Source of the DNA: a bacterium
Lineage (GTDB): Bacteria; Moduliflexota; Moduliflexia; Moduliflexales; JAUQPW01
Assembly (NCBI GenBank): GCA_030550175.1
Contig: JAUQPW010000007.1
Coordinates: 15,858-79,857, forward strand
Direction of reading: 5' to 3'
Length of the DNA: 64,000 nucleotides
Below, in pieces: positions 19,356 to 29,571 of the stretch (its first letter is position 1; every line of letters begins with the position of its first letter). The position numbers and the translations under genes are program-made. The notes beneath the pieces were generated by a model that saw only the letters and a list, made by a program, of their open reading frames with translations, was not told where the DNA came from and made no database searches.

Positions 19356-20405
19356 TCAGATACGAAACTCCTCCAATTCTTGTCCGATAATCGGGCGAAC
19401 CTCTACAATTCCCTCAGTAGAGTTTCTGCGGTATTGAACCCGAACGGTTTTGGCGGTTTTTCCATCGCTATGTCCGGCTGTAATTCCGGCGATGAGTTCT
19501 ATATCTTCCGGTAATACTTCCCCATCTGTAACGGTTAAGGGACCCTTATAGTCCAGAGTTTCAAAAAACCAGTGATCACCTTTTTTACAGAAGTTCGCAA
19601 GGAATTTATTTTCGGCTTCATCACGACCTACAATCACCTTCAGATCTTCGGATAATCGAAAATGCCGTCCTACCTTTGCCAAAATGAAGTCATCCATGAT
19701 GATCCGCTCTTTTCCTTTGTAGGTAATCAAATCCCGCAACTTCCTGGCATAATTCTGATCGGTCAGGAAGCAACATCCTCCCGACGGTTGCGGATATTCT
19801 TCAATACCAAACTGGGTAGCAAGTTGCATCTGAACCTGGCGGGATCGTCCCTGAATGTCATAAAGCTTGTTTCGATCTACCCATCCTTTGATTTCCGGGA
19901 TGGTGGGAGGTAGTAATTTAGCAGAAAGCGGTCGCAGCAGGAGACCCTCCAGGCCACTTTCCCTGGCAATTAGCAGAAGCTCACGCATGTGCTGGGATTT
20001 AGGACGCTGACCCAGAACTTCACCGGTAAAGACAAATTGAGCTCCGACCTCCTCCATATATTCTTTAGCCTTTTGAAACATATAGATTCGGCAATCTACA
20101 CAAGGGTTCATGGCCGATCCATATCCGTACTTAGGCTCGAACAAAACCGTTTTATAATAATCTTCTGAGATATCGATCAACTCTACTTTAATGCCCAGGT
20201 CTGCCCCGGCCCTTAAAGCTTCATTCTGAATAATCTTGTTTTTATCTTTATTTCGCCGAATCTTTCTCCGATGTTCTGTTACACAAAATCCGGTGTAAAA
20301 GTTAATCCCCTGAACCTCAATACCCATGTTGCTGATTATTTTGACGGCCAGGGTACTATCCAGCCCACCGGAGAGGAGTGCGATAGCTTTTATTTTTTCG
20401 GTCAT
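19356..20405 (-). CDS. PP-loop ATP pyrophosphatase family tRNA thiolation enzyme (MnmA/ThiI-like)
   Basis: N-terminal SGGLDS PP-loop and an NPCVDC motif resembling the MnmA catalytic-Cys region. It is flanked by TusA and a cysteine desulfurase. Confidence 0.6.
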   Translation of the reverse strand: MTEKIKAIALLSGGLDSTLAVKIISNMGIEVQGINFYTGFCVTEHRRKIRRNKDKNKIIQNEALRAGADLGIKVELIDISEDYYKTVLFEPKYGYGSAMNPCVDCRIYMFQKAKEYMEEVGAQFVFTGEVLGQRPKSQHMRELLLIARESGLEGLLLRPLSAKLLPPTIPEIKGWVDRNKLYDIQGRSRQVQMQLATQFGIEEYPQPSGGCCFLTDQNYARKLRDLITYKGKERIIMDDFILAKVGRHFRLSEDLKVIVGRDEAENKFLANFCKKGDHWFFETLDYKGPLTVTDGEVLPEDIELIAGITAGHSDGKTAKTVRVQYRRNSTEGIVEVRPIIGQELEEFRI

Positions 20406-20629
20406 AATTAATCCATGAACCCTTCATTCTGAATAATTAACCCGTTATATTAAATACCCTGAGCCCTACAGGCTGTGAAATCCGACCTTGTCTTTATAAA
20501 CAAGCGGTTACTTTGGAGTTAAAAGCTCAGGAGACAGGTTTTTAACCTGACCCCCTTTCCCCTCCCCCAACTTGGGAAGGGGAGTCCGCCGGAACTTTTC
20601 CGATAAGTTAACAGGTTCGGGTTAATTAT

Positions 20630-21796
20630 TCAGGATGAAGGATTCATTACAGAGATCCTCCTTAGCTTTTCCACCACAGGTGGAAAGGTCTCTATCACAA
20701 CGTCGATATCTTCTTCTCTGGTGTAAATTCCGGTTGAGAAAAGCAGTGAACCCTCCGCCAGTTCCAAAGGAATCCCCATGGCTTTCAGAACATGGGAGGG
20801 TTTCCTGGCCGTAAAGGTACAGGTGGAGCCTGGAGAAACCGCAATTCCCTTCCTGTCGAGAAGCAAAGTCAGGGCATCCCCCTTCACACATTCAACACAA
20901 AGACTCAGATAATGGGGAAGTCTTTGGGTAGGATGACCGTTTAAGTAAAGACCCGATACTTTCTTTAACAGGGCATCCCCCAGCCGATTCCGTAAAAACA
21001 AAATATGATCTATTCGTTGGGTCATTTCTTTTCTGGCCAGTTCTGCCGCTTTTCCAAGCCCTACAATACCTGAAATATTTTCGGTACCTGCCCGCCGTCC
21101 TTCTTCCTGCATACCACCATGGATCAACGGAGAAATTCTTACACCTTCTCGAATGTACAAAGCTCCGACCCCTTTAGGACCGTAGAATTTATGTCCTGAA
21201 AGACTCAGTAAATCAACCCCCAGGGTGTCTACATCTACCGGTAAAATACCCACTACCTGTGTGGCATCGGTATGAAAATAAATCCCCTTCTCTCGGGTAA
21301 TCCGACCGATTTCTGCTATGGGTTCCAAGGTTCCCACCTCATGGTTCCCGTACATGATGGATACCAAAATCGTTTTCTCTGTAATTGCTCCGGCAATTTC
21401 TTCGGGATCAACCATTCCATATTTGTTTACGGGTACGTAGGTCACCGTAAATCCCAGTTTTTCCAGAAATTTAAGGGCATAAAGTACCGATTGGTGTTCG
21501 ATCTGAGAAGTGACGATATGGGTTCCTTTCTTCTGATTCGCAAAGGCTACTCCTTTAATAGCAAAATTATTGGCCTCTGTACCACCCGAAGTAAAAACAA
21601 TCTCCTCTGACCTGGCTCCAATGAGGAGGGCAACCTGATGCCTGGCTTCTTCTAGAGCTTCCCGAGGTTTTTTACTTTCTTCATAAAGACTTCCAGGATT
21701 CCAGAAAAATTCACCAAGGTAAGGAAGCATCGCCCCCCTCACTTCAGGATGCATAGGCGTCGTTGTGGCATAATCTAAATAAATTTTCTTCATCAT
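20630..21796 (-). CDS. cysteine desulfurase (NifS/IscS class V aminotransferase)
   Basis: 388 aa. MMKKIYLDYATTTPMHPEV…, FTSGGTEANN, SLSGHKFYGPKGVGALY (PLP-Lys), and the C-terminal active-site Cys region. Confidence 0.9.
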   Translation of the reverse strand: MMKKIYLDYATTTPMHPEVRGAMLPYLGEFFWNPGSLYEESKKPREALEEARHQVALLIGARSEEIVFTSGGTEANNFAIKGVAFANQKKGTHIVTSQIEHQSVLYALKFLEKLGFTVTYVPVNKYGMVDPEEIAGAITEKTILVSIMYGNHEVGTLEPIAEIGRITREKGIYFHTDATQVVGILPVDVDTLGVDLLSLSGHKFYGPKGVGALYIREGVRISPLIHGGMQEEGRRAGTENISGIVGLGKAAELARKEMTQRIDHILFLRNRLGDALLKKVSGLYLNGHPTQRLPHYLSLCVECVKGDALTLLLDRKGIAVSPGSTCTFTARKPSHVLKAMGIPLELAEGSLLFSTGIYTREEDIDVVIETFPPVVEKLRRISVMNPSS

Positions 21797-22113
21797 AGGG
21801 ATTCATAAAGAATATAATCGAAATACCTCTTATCTTCAACCTTCGAACGAGCTTTCTTGTCCGAAGTTAATAAAATATCTTCCATAGACGGACTTTCAAG
21901 GATAGACTTAACTTCTTCCAACTCCCCTACAGGCCCAATAGGGTATGATAAAAATAGATGAAAGGTCCGTTTTCTAAGGGGTTTGACAGGATAACCTTAA
22001 AAGAGGTACAAACTTTGTTGAAAGACTTAGAAAGACAGATTAAAATAGTTGAAATATAAAAATATTGCAGCTTGTAGAAACCAGGATAGGAATCCAAGGG
22101 GCAAGTAGAGACT

Positions 22114-23175
22114 ATGAAACGTAAAACAACGGTGAGTATTGAAGGGCCTTCTTTTCTCATTAACGGTCAACCGACTTATCCAGGCCGTTGGTATCAGGGG
22201 TTCAAGGTAGAAGGTTTGCTTTTTAATGCCCGGATGGTTCAGGGGATTTTTGACGATCTCAATCCGGAAACACGAAGTCGGTGGAATTATCCCGATGGAC
22301 CCTGGGATGCAACACGCAATACGGAGGAATTTGTTGCCGCCATGCCCGTTTGGCGGGCTTATGGTCTGTTGGGCTTTACGATCAATCTTCAGGGTGGGAG
22401 TCCGGAGGGTTACAGTCGCCATCAACCCTGGCACAATTCTGCTTTTGAGGCTGACGGGCAACTACGCGGGGACTATCTGGCACGATTGGAGAGGATTTTG
22501 GATACCGCTGATGAATGGGGTATGGTTCCTATTTTAGGATTCTTCTACTTTGGACAGGATTGGCGGTTGAGTAACGAGCAGGCTGTAATACGCGCAACAG
22601 AGAATGTTACAGACTGGTTGTTGGAAAAAAGCTATAGCCATGTACTTATAGAAATCGGTAATGAAGTAGATTTACCTTACTACCGGCATGAGATCATTCG
22701 AGCACCGCGCTGCCATGAGCTGATGGAAATTGTGAAAACCCGATCGACCGGGAAGGTTAAATCACCTGTCGGGCGACTGTTGGTAAGCACCAGTATGCAG
22801 GGCGGTGCCATTCCCCCGAATAATATGGTTGCTGCAGTGGACTTCATACTTCTGCATGGAAATCATGTTTCTGAAACGGCCCGGATTCGGGAGATGGTAG
22901 ACCAATGCCGTCAGCTATCCGGTTACCGAGACCAGCCGATTTTGTTCAACGAGGACGATCATTTTGATTTCGACCGGGAAGACAATCACATGCTTGCAGC
23001 CCTCAGCCGGTACGCAAGCTGGGGATATTTCGATTATCGCATGCCGGGGGAAGGCTACCCGGAAGGGTTTCAAAGTGTTCCGGTGGATTGGACTATCAGT
23101 TCCCATCGTAAACGTGGTTTTTTTAACCTGCTGGCCAAAGTAACAGGTAGCAATCCACAGATCCTTTCAAGGTGA
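22114..23175 (+). CDS. putative glycoside hydrolase (clan GH-A / GH5-like)
   Basis: 353 aa. The IEIGNEVD motif is typical of the GH-A catalytic acid/base (NEP). Confidence 0.4.
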   Translation: MKRKTTVSIEGPSFLINGQPTYPGRWYQGFKVEGLLFNARMVQGIFDDLNPETRSRWNYPDGPWDATRNTEEFVAAMPVWRAYGLLGFTINLQGGSPEGYSRHQPWHNSAFEADGQLRGDYLARLERILDTADEWGMVPILGFFYFGQDWRLSNEQAVIRATENVTDWLLEKSYSHVLIEIGNEVDLPYYRHEIIRAPRCHELMEIVKTRSTGKVKSPVGRLLVSTSMQGGAIPPNNMVAAVDFILLHGNHVSETARIREMVDQCRQLSGYRDQPILFNEDDHFDFDREDNHMLAALSRYASWGYFDYRMPGEGYPEGFQSVPVDWTISSHRKRGFFNLLAKVTGSNPQILSR

Positions 23176-23335
23176 AACCAGATCGGTTATACGGCTCTCA
23201 TCCTTTTCCCATAAAAAAGGGGTGGAGGACCCTACCGGCGGAATCGCCTTCAACAGGGTAGCTTTCCAATATGTGAAAGGTATTTACATTAACCGATCCG
23301 GTTATTTTAAAACCCCCTAACCCAAGGAGGAGATT

Positions 23336-24946
23336 ATGCGAGATTTCCGTTGGTTTTTCCATTTTCCTATCACCCGAATCCCCCTTATCGGATTACTTTT
23401 ACTCAGTCTGGCTTCAGGGGCCGAACCTGCAGAGCCAAAGATGGGTGGGACCTTGAAATTTGTTCCACAGGCCGATTTGAAGATTCTGGATCCGATCTGG
23501 ACTTCGGCTTACATAACCCGTAACCATGGTTATATGATCTACGATACCCTCTTCTCCCTGGATGAAAATTTGAAACCACAGCCCCAGATGGTAAAAACCT
23601 GGCAGGTAAGCGAGGATGGTCTACAATATACCTTTACCTTACGAGAGGGTCTTAAATTCCACGATGGTAAACCTGTTGTTGCAGAAGATGTCGTAGCTTC
23701 TCTTAAGAGATGGGGCCAGCGGGATGTTTTAGGTAAACTGTTGATGGATTTTACCGCCAGACTGGAGGCCATAGATGACAAAACTTTTCGATTGGTACTT
23801 AAAGAACCCTTTAGCCTGGTTCTAGAGGCTTTGGCCAAGCCGAGTGGGAGTGTCCCTTTCATTATGCCGGCCCGGATTGCAGCAACTCCCGCAGATGAGC
23901 AGATTAAAGAAACCATTGGCTCAGGACCCTTCAAATTTGTGAAAGAGGAATGGGAACCCGGGCACCGGGTTGTTTACATACGTAACCCGGCGTATACCCC
24001 TCGAGCCGAGCCTGCCCACTCGGGTGCTGGAGGTAAACGTGTGTATGTGGATCGGGTAGAATGGATCTACATTCCCGACCCGGCCACGGCCAGTGCGGCG
24101 CTGGAAGCAGGAGAAGTGGACTTTTGGGAAAACCCGCCCATTGACTTTGTAGTTCGATTAAAACAGAATCCGCAAATTACAGTCTCTATCGTTGATCCGT
24201 TGGGGACTCAGGGGGTGCTACGCCCCAATCATTTACATCCTCCCTTCAACAACGTAAAAGCCCGTCAAGCTTTACTTTGGATGGTCAGTCAGGAAATCTA
24301 CATGCAGGCAGCCATCGGAGATAAAAATTTCTGGCGAACCTGTCCGGGGTTTTTTATATGCGGAGGGCCCTGGGAAACCGATGTGGGTTCGGAGCCTCTA
24401 AAGCAGCAAAATCTGGAGAAGGCCCGACAGTTGATGAAGGAAGCCGGTTATGATGGACGCCCGGTGGTCTTGATGGATCCGACTGATATGCCCATTTTAC
24501 ATGTAGCCACACTGGTAACCCAGCAACTGCTGACCCAAATCGGGGTCAAGGTAGACCTTCAGGCCATGGATTGGAGTACCCTGGTATCTCGCCGGGCTGA
24601 GAAGAAACCTCCGGAGGAGGGGGGATGGGACCTGTTTCATACCTGGTCAGTAGGATCCGATGTCATGAACCCGGCGGTCAGCTCTGCCAGTTCTGGAGCT
24701 TGTGACAAAGCCTGGTTTGGCTGGTATTGTAGCCCACGAATGGAAGAGCTACGGGCCGAATGGGTTCGTACGCAAGACCCGGTTCGACAAAAACAATTGG
24801 TGGAAGAAATCCAAAAACTGGCTTTCGAAGAAGTACCTTATGTGCCCTTTGGACAATGGTTCCTGCCCACAGCTTATCGCAAGGATGTAAAAGGTGTACT
24901 TCAATTCCCTGCCCCTATCTTGTGGAATATCTGGCTGGATCGATAG
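23336..24946 (+). CDS. ABC transporter substrate-binding protein, family 5 (peptide/nickel/opine type)
   Basis: 536 aa with a signal peptide and the SBP_bac_5 architecture (…GGTLKFVPQADLKILDP…, …WQVSEDGLQYTFTLREGLKFHDG…). Confidence 0.85.
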   Translation: MRDFRWFFHFPITRIPLIGLLLLSLASGAEPAEPKMGGTLKFVPQADLKILDPIWTSAYITRNHGYMIYDTLFSLDENLKPQPQMVKTWQVSEDGLQYTFTLREGLKFHDGKPVVAEDVVASLKRWGQRDVLGKLLMDFTARLEAIDDKTFRLVLKEPFSLVLEALAKPSGSVPFIMPARIAATPADEQIKETIGSGPFKFVKEEWEPGHRVVYIRNPAYTPRAEPAHSGAGGKRVYVDRVEWIYIPDPATASAALEAGEVDFWENPPIDFVVRLKQNPQITVSIVDPLGTQGVLRPNHLHPPFNNVKARQALLWMVSQEIYMQAAIGDKNFWRTCPGFFICGGPWETDVGSEPLKQQNLEKARQLMKEAGYDGRPVVLMDPTDMPILHVATLVTQQLLTQIGVKVDLQAMDWSTLVSRRAEKKPPEEGGWDLFHTWSVGSDVMNPAVSSASSGACDKAWFGWYCSPRMEELRAEWVRTQDPVRQKQLVEEIQKLAFEEVPYVPFGQWFLPTAYRKDVKGVLQFPAPILWNIWLDR

Positions 24947-25048
24947 AAACCTATCTCGTCCAGCCTGAAAGGGATGGTCAGAGAACCCTATAATCCAGGT
25001 TATAAATTCAGAAGCTTGACTTTCTCAATGACTTTTCTCATATTCGGC

Positions 25049-25948
25049 CTAGGCCAGGTGTTGTTTGAACCAGTCTACCGCTACACCCGCCGTTTTAGAT
25101 ACCCACGGCTCTGTATAAGCATCAAAATGTTTGCAGGGTTGAATGGAAATGGCCTTGGGTTGTAACGCCCGTTCGTAAACGGCTACTGCAAGATCGGTGG
25201 GAGTCAGGGTATCATAACCGGCAACTACCATCAGTAGAGGGGTCGGTGAGATAAGGTGGATAGAACCGGCCGGATCGTACTCCAGAAATTTTTCCAGAGA
25301 TTCCACGGTTACCTGGTTGCGCCAGTTGGGCGCAAGGGTATTGCCTGCATGGGTGAACCACTGGTAAGACTCGGGTGTGGGAAGAACCGAAGGCTCTCCT
25401 TCAGGGGCCACAACCTTGAGATAGTTAACCCGACCGGTTTTATAACGCTGGATCCGATCCTGGATCAGAAAATTAAGGAACTGAGCAAAATGATCCGGTC
25501 GGTTGAGACGTAACGCATTGTTCCAACCGTTGACCAGGGGTACCTGTGAAACCACCACTTTGATCCGTTTATCAAAGGCAGCCAGATGCAAAACATGGGC
25601 TCCACTATAGGATGTTCCCCAGACCCCAATCCGATCCGGATCTACCTGAGGGTGATCAGAAATCCAGGTGATGGCATTGCGGTAGTCTTCAATCTGTTCC
25701 ATGGGAAATATCTGACTGCGAGGCTCACCTTCGCTATCGCCAAGATAACGATAATCGAAGACAAGGGTTATAAAACCGGCTTCGGTAAACCGCTCGGCAA
25801 AGTTGGATAAGTACATCTCTTTCACAGCCGAAAAACCATGGGCCATCACAATGGCAGGGGTTTTTTTACCCGCAGGAAGATTTTCAGGTAGGTAAAGCCA
25901 GCCTGCACAACGTAATCCCTGACTCATAAAAGTAATGTTCTGACGCAT
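25049..25948 (-). CDS. alpha/beta-fold hydrolase (CocE/NonD / acetyl-esterase-like)
   Basis: 299 aa with the nucleophile elbow GTSYSG and the HGFSA oxyanion region. Confidence 0.7.
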   Translation of the reverse strand: MRQNITFMSQGLRCAGWLYLPENLPAGKKTPAIVMAHGFSAVKEMYLSNFAERFTEAGFITLVFDYRYLGDSEGEPRSQIFPMEQIEDYRNAITWISDHPQVDPDRIGVWGTSYSGAHVLHLAAFDKRIKVVVSQVPLVNGWNNALRLNRPDHFAQFLNFLIQDRIQRYKTGRVNYLKVVAPEGEPSVLPTPESYQWFTHAGNTLAPNWRNQVTVESLEKFLEYDPAGSIHLISPTPLLMVVAGYDTLTPTDLAVAVYERALQPKAISIQPCKHFDAYTEPWVSKTAGVAVDWFKQHLA

Positions 25949-26217
25949 AAACCCTCCTTTTTTCAGAATCCAGAAATTCAGAATCAGAAAAGAAAGGAAA
26001 GTAGAGATCCTTTGATTTCTGACTTCGAATTTCTAAGCCATTTCCGTATTGAAACAGTGCATAAGTTGTAAGAACAACTCCGGTAACTGCTGCTGAAGAG
26101 TACCTACTTCAAGTTACGTGATATTTCTATGTCGATTAGGCAGAAGTAGATATTATTCCACTTTTATAAGATTTGCCCAGGAAGGTCAACTTTATTTTTT
26201 AATAGGTAACTGTAACA

Positions 26218-26347
26218 ATTTAGTAGGTGTCACTTGTTCTGTCTGAACACCCCCCTAGTCCCCCCTCGAGGGGGAATTGGGGGGTGTTTCTTTTTCCACC
26301 TACTAAATTGATAGGGACACTTTAATAGGTGGGAGAAGAAACACTCC
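26218..26347. repeat. nested inverted repeats / candidate structured RNA or MITE in a divergent intergenic region
   Basis: aatttagtaggtg (26218-26230) pairs with cacctactaaatt (26297-26309). They enclose a C/G-rich perfect hairpin, cacccccctagtcccccctcgagggggaattggggggtg. A second inverted repeat follows: gtgtttctttttccacctact / aataggtgggagaagaaacac. Confidence 0.5.
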
Positions 26348-26748
26348 CCCTAACCCCATACGCGCCAAGATAAGAAGGTTAGCCCCAGTGGGGCAACCTG
26401 TTTCACAGGCCGCTCCTCCGGAGCTTGAAAAATTCTGAATGACTGAATCCCCCAACTTGCGTCGGGGGCTCTCGACTGTTCGCTCCTGACAGGACTTTTC
26501 AGTTTAACCTGGTACGTAGGGGTCAGGGTAGAAAAAAATCTACCCCCTAAAAGGGATATAGGATGGCGTCGTGATATGGGTTTCAAGAAAAAAATCTCGC
26601 AGGAGGCAGTTTAGATTTCCTGATTCCCTTAGGAACTTTTCTTTCAGAGTAAAGTCTTTATTGAAAAATTATCAAAGGTTTCTCTTCCGGGAATATAAAA
26701 AGTAAAGCATTTGCCAATTAACGATGAGGTCCTTGTTTTGTACGGTCA

Positions 26749-28293
26749 ATGCTTTGCTCTTCTTTCCTTACGACTATGTGGATATTTTTATTATTTGCTT
26801 TACTGTTATCCCCCTTTTCTGCTCTAGGAGCGGATTCAAAATCGATTCCTATGGGTTATGAGGAAGCCCGACATCTGCTCAATCGAACTTCCTTCGCTGC
26901 CGATGAGGATCAGGTTCGAGAATTTGCCGGGTTGACCCGGGAACAGGCTGTAGACAGGCTTTTGAGTTCTATTCGGACCCGAGCTCAAACTCCCCCTCCG
27001 GAATGGGTCGATGAAGTCATATCCCTCCGAAGAATTCGAAGTATGAATAAAGAAGAGCGGGAAAATCTCCGCAAGCAGTATCGTAGATATGGAATTGAAC
27101 TGCGGGCGTGGTGGTATCAAGAAATGTTATCGACCCCTTCACCCTTCACCGAAAAGATGACTTTGTTCTGGCATAACCACTTTACCTCCAGCCTGCAAAA
27201 AGTTAAAGTACCCCAGTTCATGTATCATCAAAATGTACTCCTGCGGCAATACGCCTTAGGGAACTTTGGCGAGATGCTCCACGCGGTTTCTAAAGATCCT
27301 GCTATGATCGTCTATCTGGACAATGTCTCTAACCGTAAAGGCCAGCCCAATGAAAACTTTGCCCGAGAAGTGATGGAGTTGTTTACTCTGGGAGAAGGTC
27401 ACTACACCGAACAAGACGTCAAAGAAGCCGCACGGGCTTTTTCCGGCTGGAGTCTGGACCGTGAAACCGGACGGTTCCACTTTTATCCTCACCTGCACGA
27501 TGAGGGTTTAAAAACTATCCTCGGTCAGACAGGTAATTTCGATGGGGACGCTGTGTTGGATATTCTTTTGTCTAAACCTCAAACCGCGGAGTTTATTACC
27601 ACCAAACTCTGGCGTGAGTTTGTTTCACCTACCCCTAACCCTGGAGAAGTTAAACGCATAGCAGCGTTATTTCGGGACAGTCATTATGATATCAAGACTT
27701 TAATGCGGGCCTTATTAACCTCTGAGGATTTCTATGCCAAAGAGAATCGGGGGGTTTTGATCAAGTCCCCGGTGGAGTTTATTGTGGGTACACTCCGTCA
27801 ATTTAATATCCAACCTTCGGATATGCGTCCGCTTGCGTTTGTTGCCCGTCAACTGGGACAGGATATTTTTATGCCACCCAATGTAAAAGGATGGCTTGGG
27901 GGCGAAAGCTGGATCAACAGCAACACCCTGTTGATCCGTAAACAATTACTGGACCGTTTATTCCGGGCCAGGGAAATGCCAGATGAGTCCGGTCCTATCC
28001 TTGAAAGATTGGCCATGGAAAATTCCATAGCCCTTCAATCCGATTCGGACTCAAAACCGAATTCTCCCTCTGACCGGGAGCAGAGGAGGATGATACGACT
28101 TCAACGGGCTCTAAACCTTCAGTTTGATAGCGACACCTGGTGCGCTCAATTCGAGGGGGACCTCACAGAAAAGCAGAATCACATGACCAAACTCCTTCTG
28201 GCGATAGAACCCTTACAAAAACCCCAACCCACAACCGATTGTATTGAATTTATCCGTCAACTGGTTTTAGATCCGGTTTATCAACTCAAGTAG
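26749..28293 (+). CDS. DUF1800-family protein
   Basis: 514 aa with a signal peptide. It is paired with a downstream DUF1501 gene, as is typical in Planctomycetes/Verrucomicrobia-like genomes. Confidence 0.65.
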   Translation: MLCSSFLTTMWIFLLFALLLSPFSALGADSKSIPMGYEEARHLLNRTSFAADEDQVREFAGLTREQAVDRLLSSIRTRAQTPPPEWVDEVISLRRIRSMNKEERENLRKQYRRYGIELRAWWYQEMLSTPSPFTEKMTLFWHNHFTSSLQKVKVPQFMYHQNVLLRQYALGNFGEMLHAVSKDPAMIVYLDNVSNRKGQPNENFAREVMELFTLGEGHYTEQDVKEAARAFSGWSLDRETGRFHFYPHLHDEGLKTILGQTGNFDGDAVLDILLSKPQTAEFITTKLWREFVSPTPNPGEVKRIAALFRDSHYDIKTLMRALLTSEDFYAKENRGVLIKSPVEFIVGTLRQFNIQPSDMRPLAFVARQLGQDIFMPPNVKGWLGGESWINSNTLLIRKQLLDRLFRAREMPDESGPILERLAMENSIALQSDSDSKPNSPSDREQRRMIRLQRALNLQFDSDTWCAQFEGDLTEKQNHMTKLLLAIEPLQKPQPTTDCIEFIRQLVLDPVYQLK

Positions 28294-28374
28294 TCCGGAA
28301 AGGAGGAGTGGAAGAAAGAAACCAGGTTGATTTTAATTCCAGGTTTCTGACTCCTGACTCCTGAAACCCGATAT

Positions 28375-29535
28375 ATGAATCGCCGTGATTTTCTTAAAGT
28401 TTTAAGCCTGACTCCCTTTATTTCTTATATCCCTGATCTATCCTTTGCCATCACACCTCAGGCCAACTGGAATAATTTACTTGTCTTACTGGAACTGAAA
28501 GGAGGAAATGATGGATTAAATACGGTTATCCCCTATACCGATCCGACCTATTATGACCTGCGGCCTCGACTCGGAATCACCCGGGATAAGGTCCTACAAC
28601 TGGATGAGAAAGTGGGTTTCCATCCGGCCCTGGAAGCTTTAATGCCATTGTGGAAAAATCGCGAGTTAGCCGTAATTCAGAGTGTGGGTTATCCAGAACC
28701 GAATCTTTCTCATTTTCGTTCCATTGAAATCTGGGAAACAGCTTCCAATAGCAATCAATACTTATCAGAAGGTTGGTTATCTCGGGTTTTTACGGCTTAC
28801 CCTCCTCCTAAAACTTTTGCTGCCGATGCAATCGTGGTGGGGGATTCTGATCTGGGACCTCTGGGTGGAGGTACCGCCCGAGTGGTTGTACTTTCCAATA
28901 TTCAAAGATTCCTGACCCAGGCTAAACAAAATGGTATCCCCAACGGCAGGCCTGCCAATCCGGCATTGGCCCATATTCTCAAAGTTGAGGAAGATATTCG
29001 TCAGGCGGCCGAGGGTTTGAAAACCTCTGACACACTTAAAACCGAGTTCCCCAACTCTCCTTTTGGAAATGCTTTAAAAACCGCATCTCGGGTTATTGCA
29101 GGTAATTCAGGTATCGCCGTTATCAAGGTTTCTTTAGATGGATTCGATACCCACAGCAATCAATTCAACCGGCAAGAACGTTTACTCCGTGAGATGGCTG
29201 AAGGTCTAAGCGCTTTCAGGGAAGCATTGATGGAAATCAACCGTTGGAATTCGACCCTTATCATGAGCTACTCGGAATTTGGCCGCAGACCCAGGGAAAA
29301 CTTAAGTACCGGCACAGACCATGGCACGGCCAATGTTCATTTCATGTTGGGTGGACGTGTGAAAGGAGGTCTATACGGTCAGATCCCTCAACTTAAACCA
29401 TTGGAAGGAGACAATCTCCGCTTTGCCATAGATTTTCGTAGCCTGTATGCAACCGTTATAGAAAAGTGGTGGGGCCTCAACGCAAGCCCCGTGTTAGGAA
29501 GGAAATTTGGGGTGTTGGATATATTAAAAGTTTAA
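28375..29535 (+). CDS. DUF1501-family (sulfatase-like fold) protein with Tat signal
   Basis: MNRRDFLKVL twin-arginine motif. 386 aa. Canonical partner of DUF1800. Confidence 0.72.
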   Translation: MNRRDFLKVLSLTPFISYIPDLSFAITPQANWNNLLVLLELKGGNDGLNTVIPYTDPTYYDLRPRLGITRDKVLQLDEKVGFHPALEALMPLWKNRELAVIQSVGYPEPNLSHFRSIEIWETASNSNQYLSEGWLSRVFTAYPPPKTFAADAIVVGDSDLGPLGGGTARVVVLSNIQRFLTQAKQNGIPNGRPANPALAHILKVEEDIRQAAEGLKTSDTLKTEFPNSPFGNALKTASRVIAGNSGIAVIKVSLDGFDTHSNQFNRQERLLREMAEGLSAFREALMEINRWNSTLIMSYSEFGRRPRENLSTGTDHGTANVHFMLGGRVKGGLYGQIPQLKPLEGDNLRFAIDFRSLYATVIEKWWGLNASPVLGRKFGVLDILKV

Positions 29536-29571
29536 CTTTATGGCAGGACAAAATGATATTTCGGCCTGCTT

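Noticed and set aside
26350-26586. 78-aa ORF on the minus strand in the 26-kb intergenic region
   Set aside because: It sits within GC-rich hairpins. It has no RBS, an odd composition (Arg/Pro/Ser-rich) and no homolog recognisable. It is more likely non-coding.
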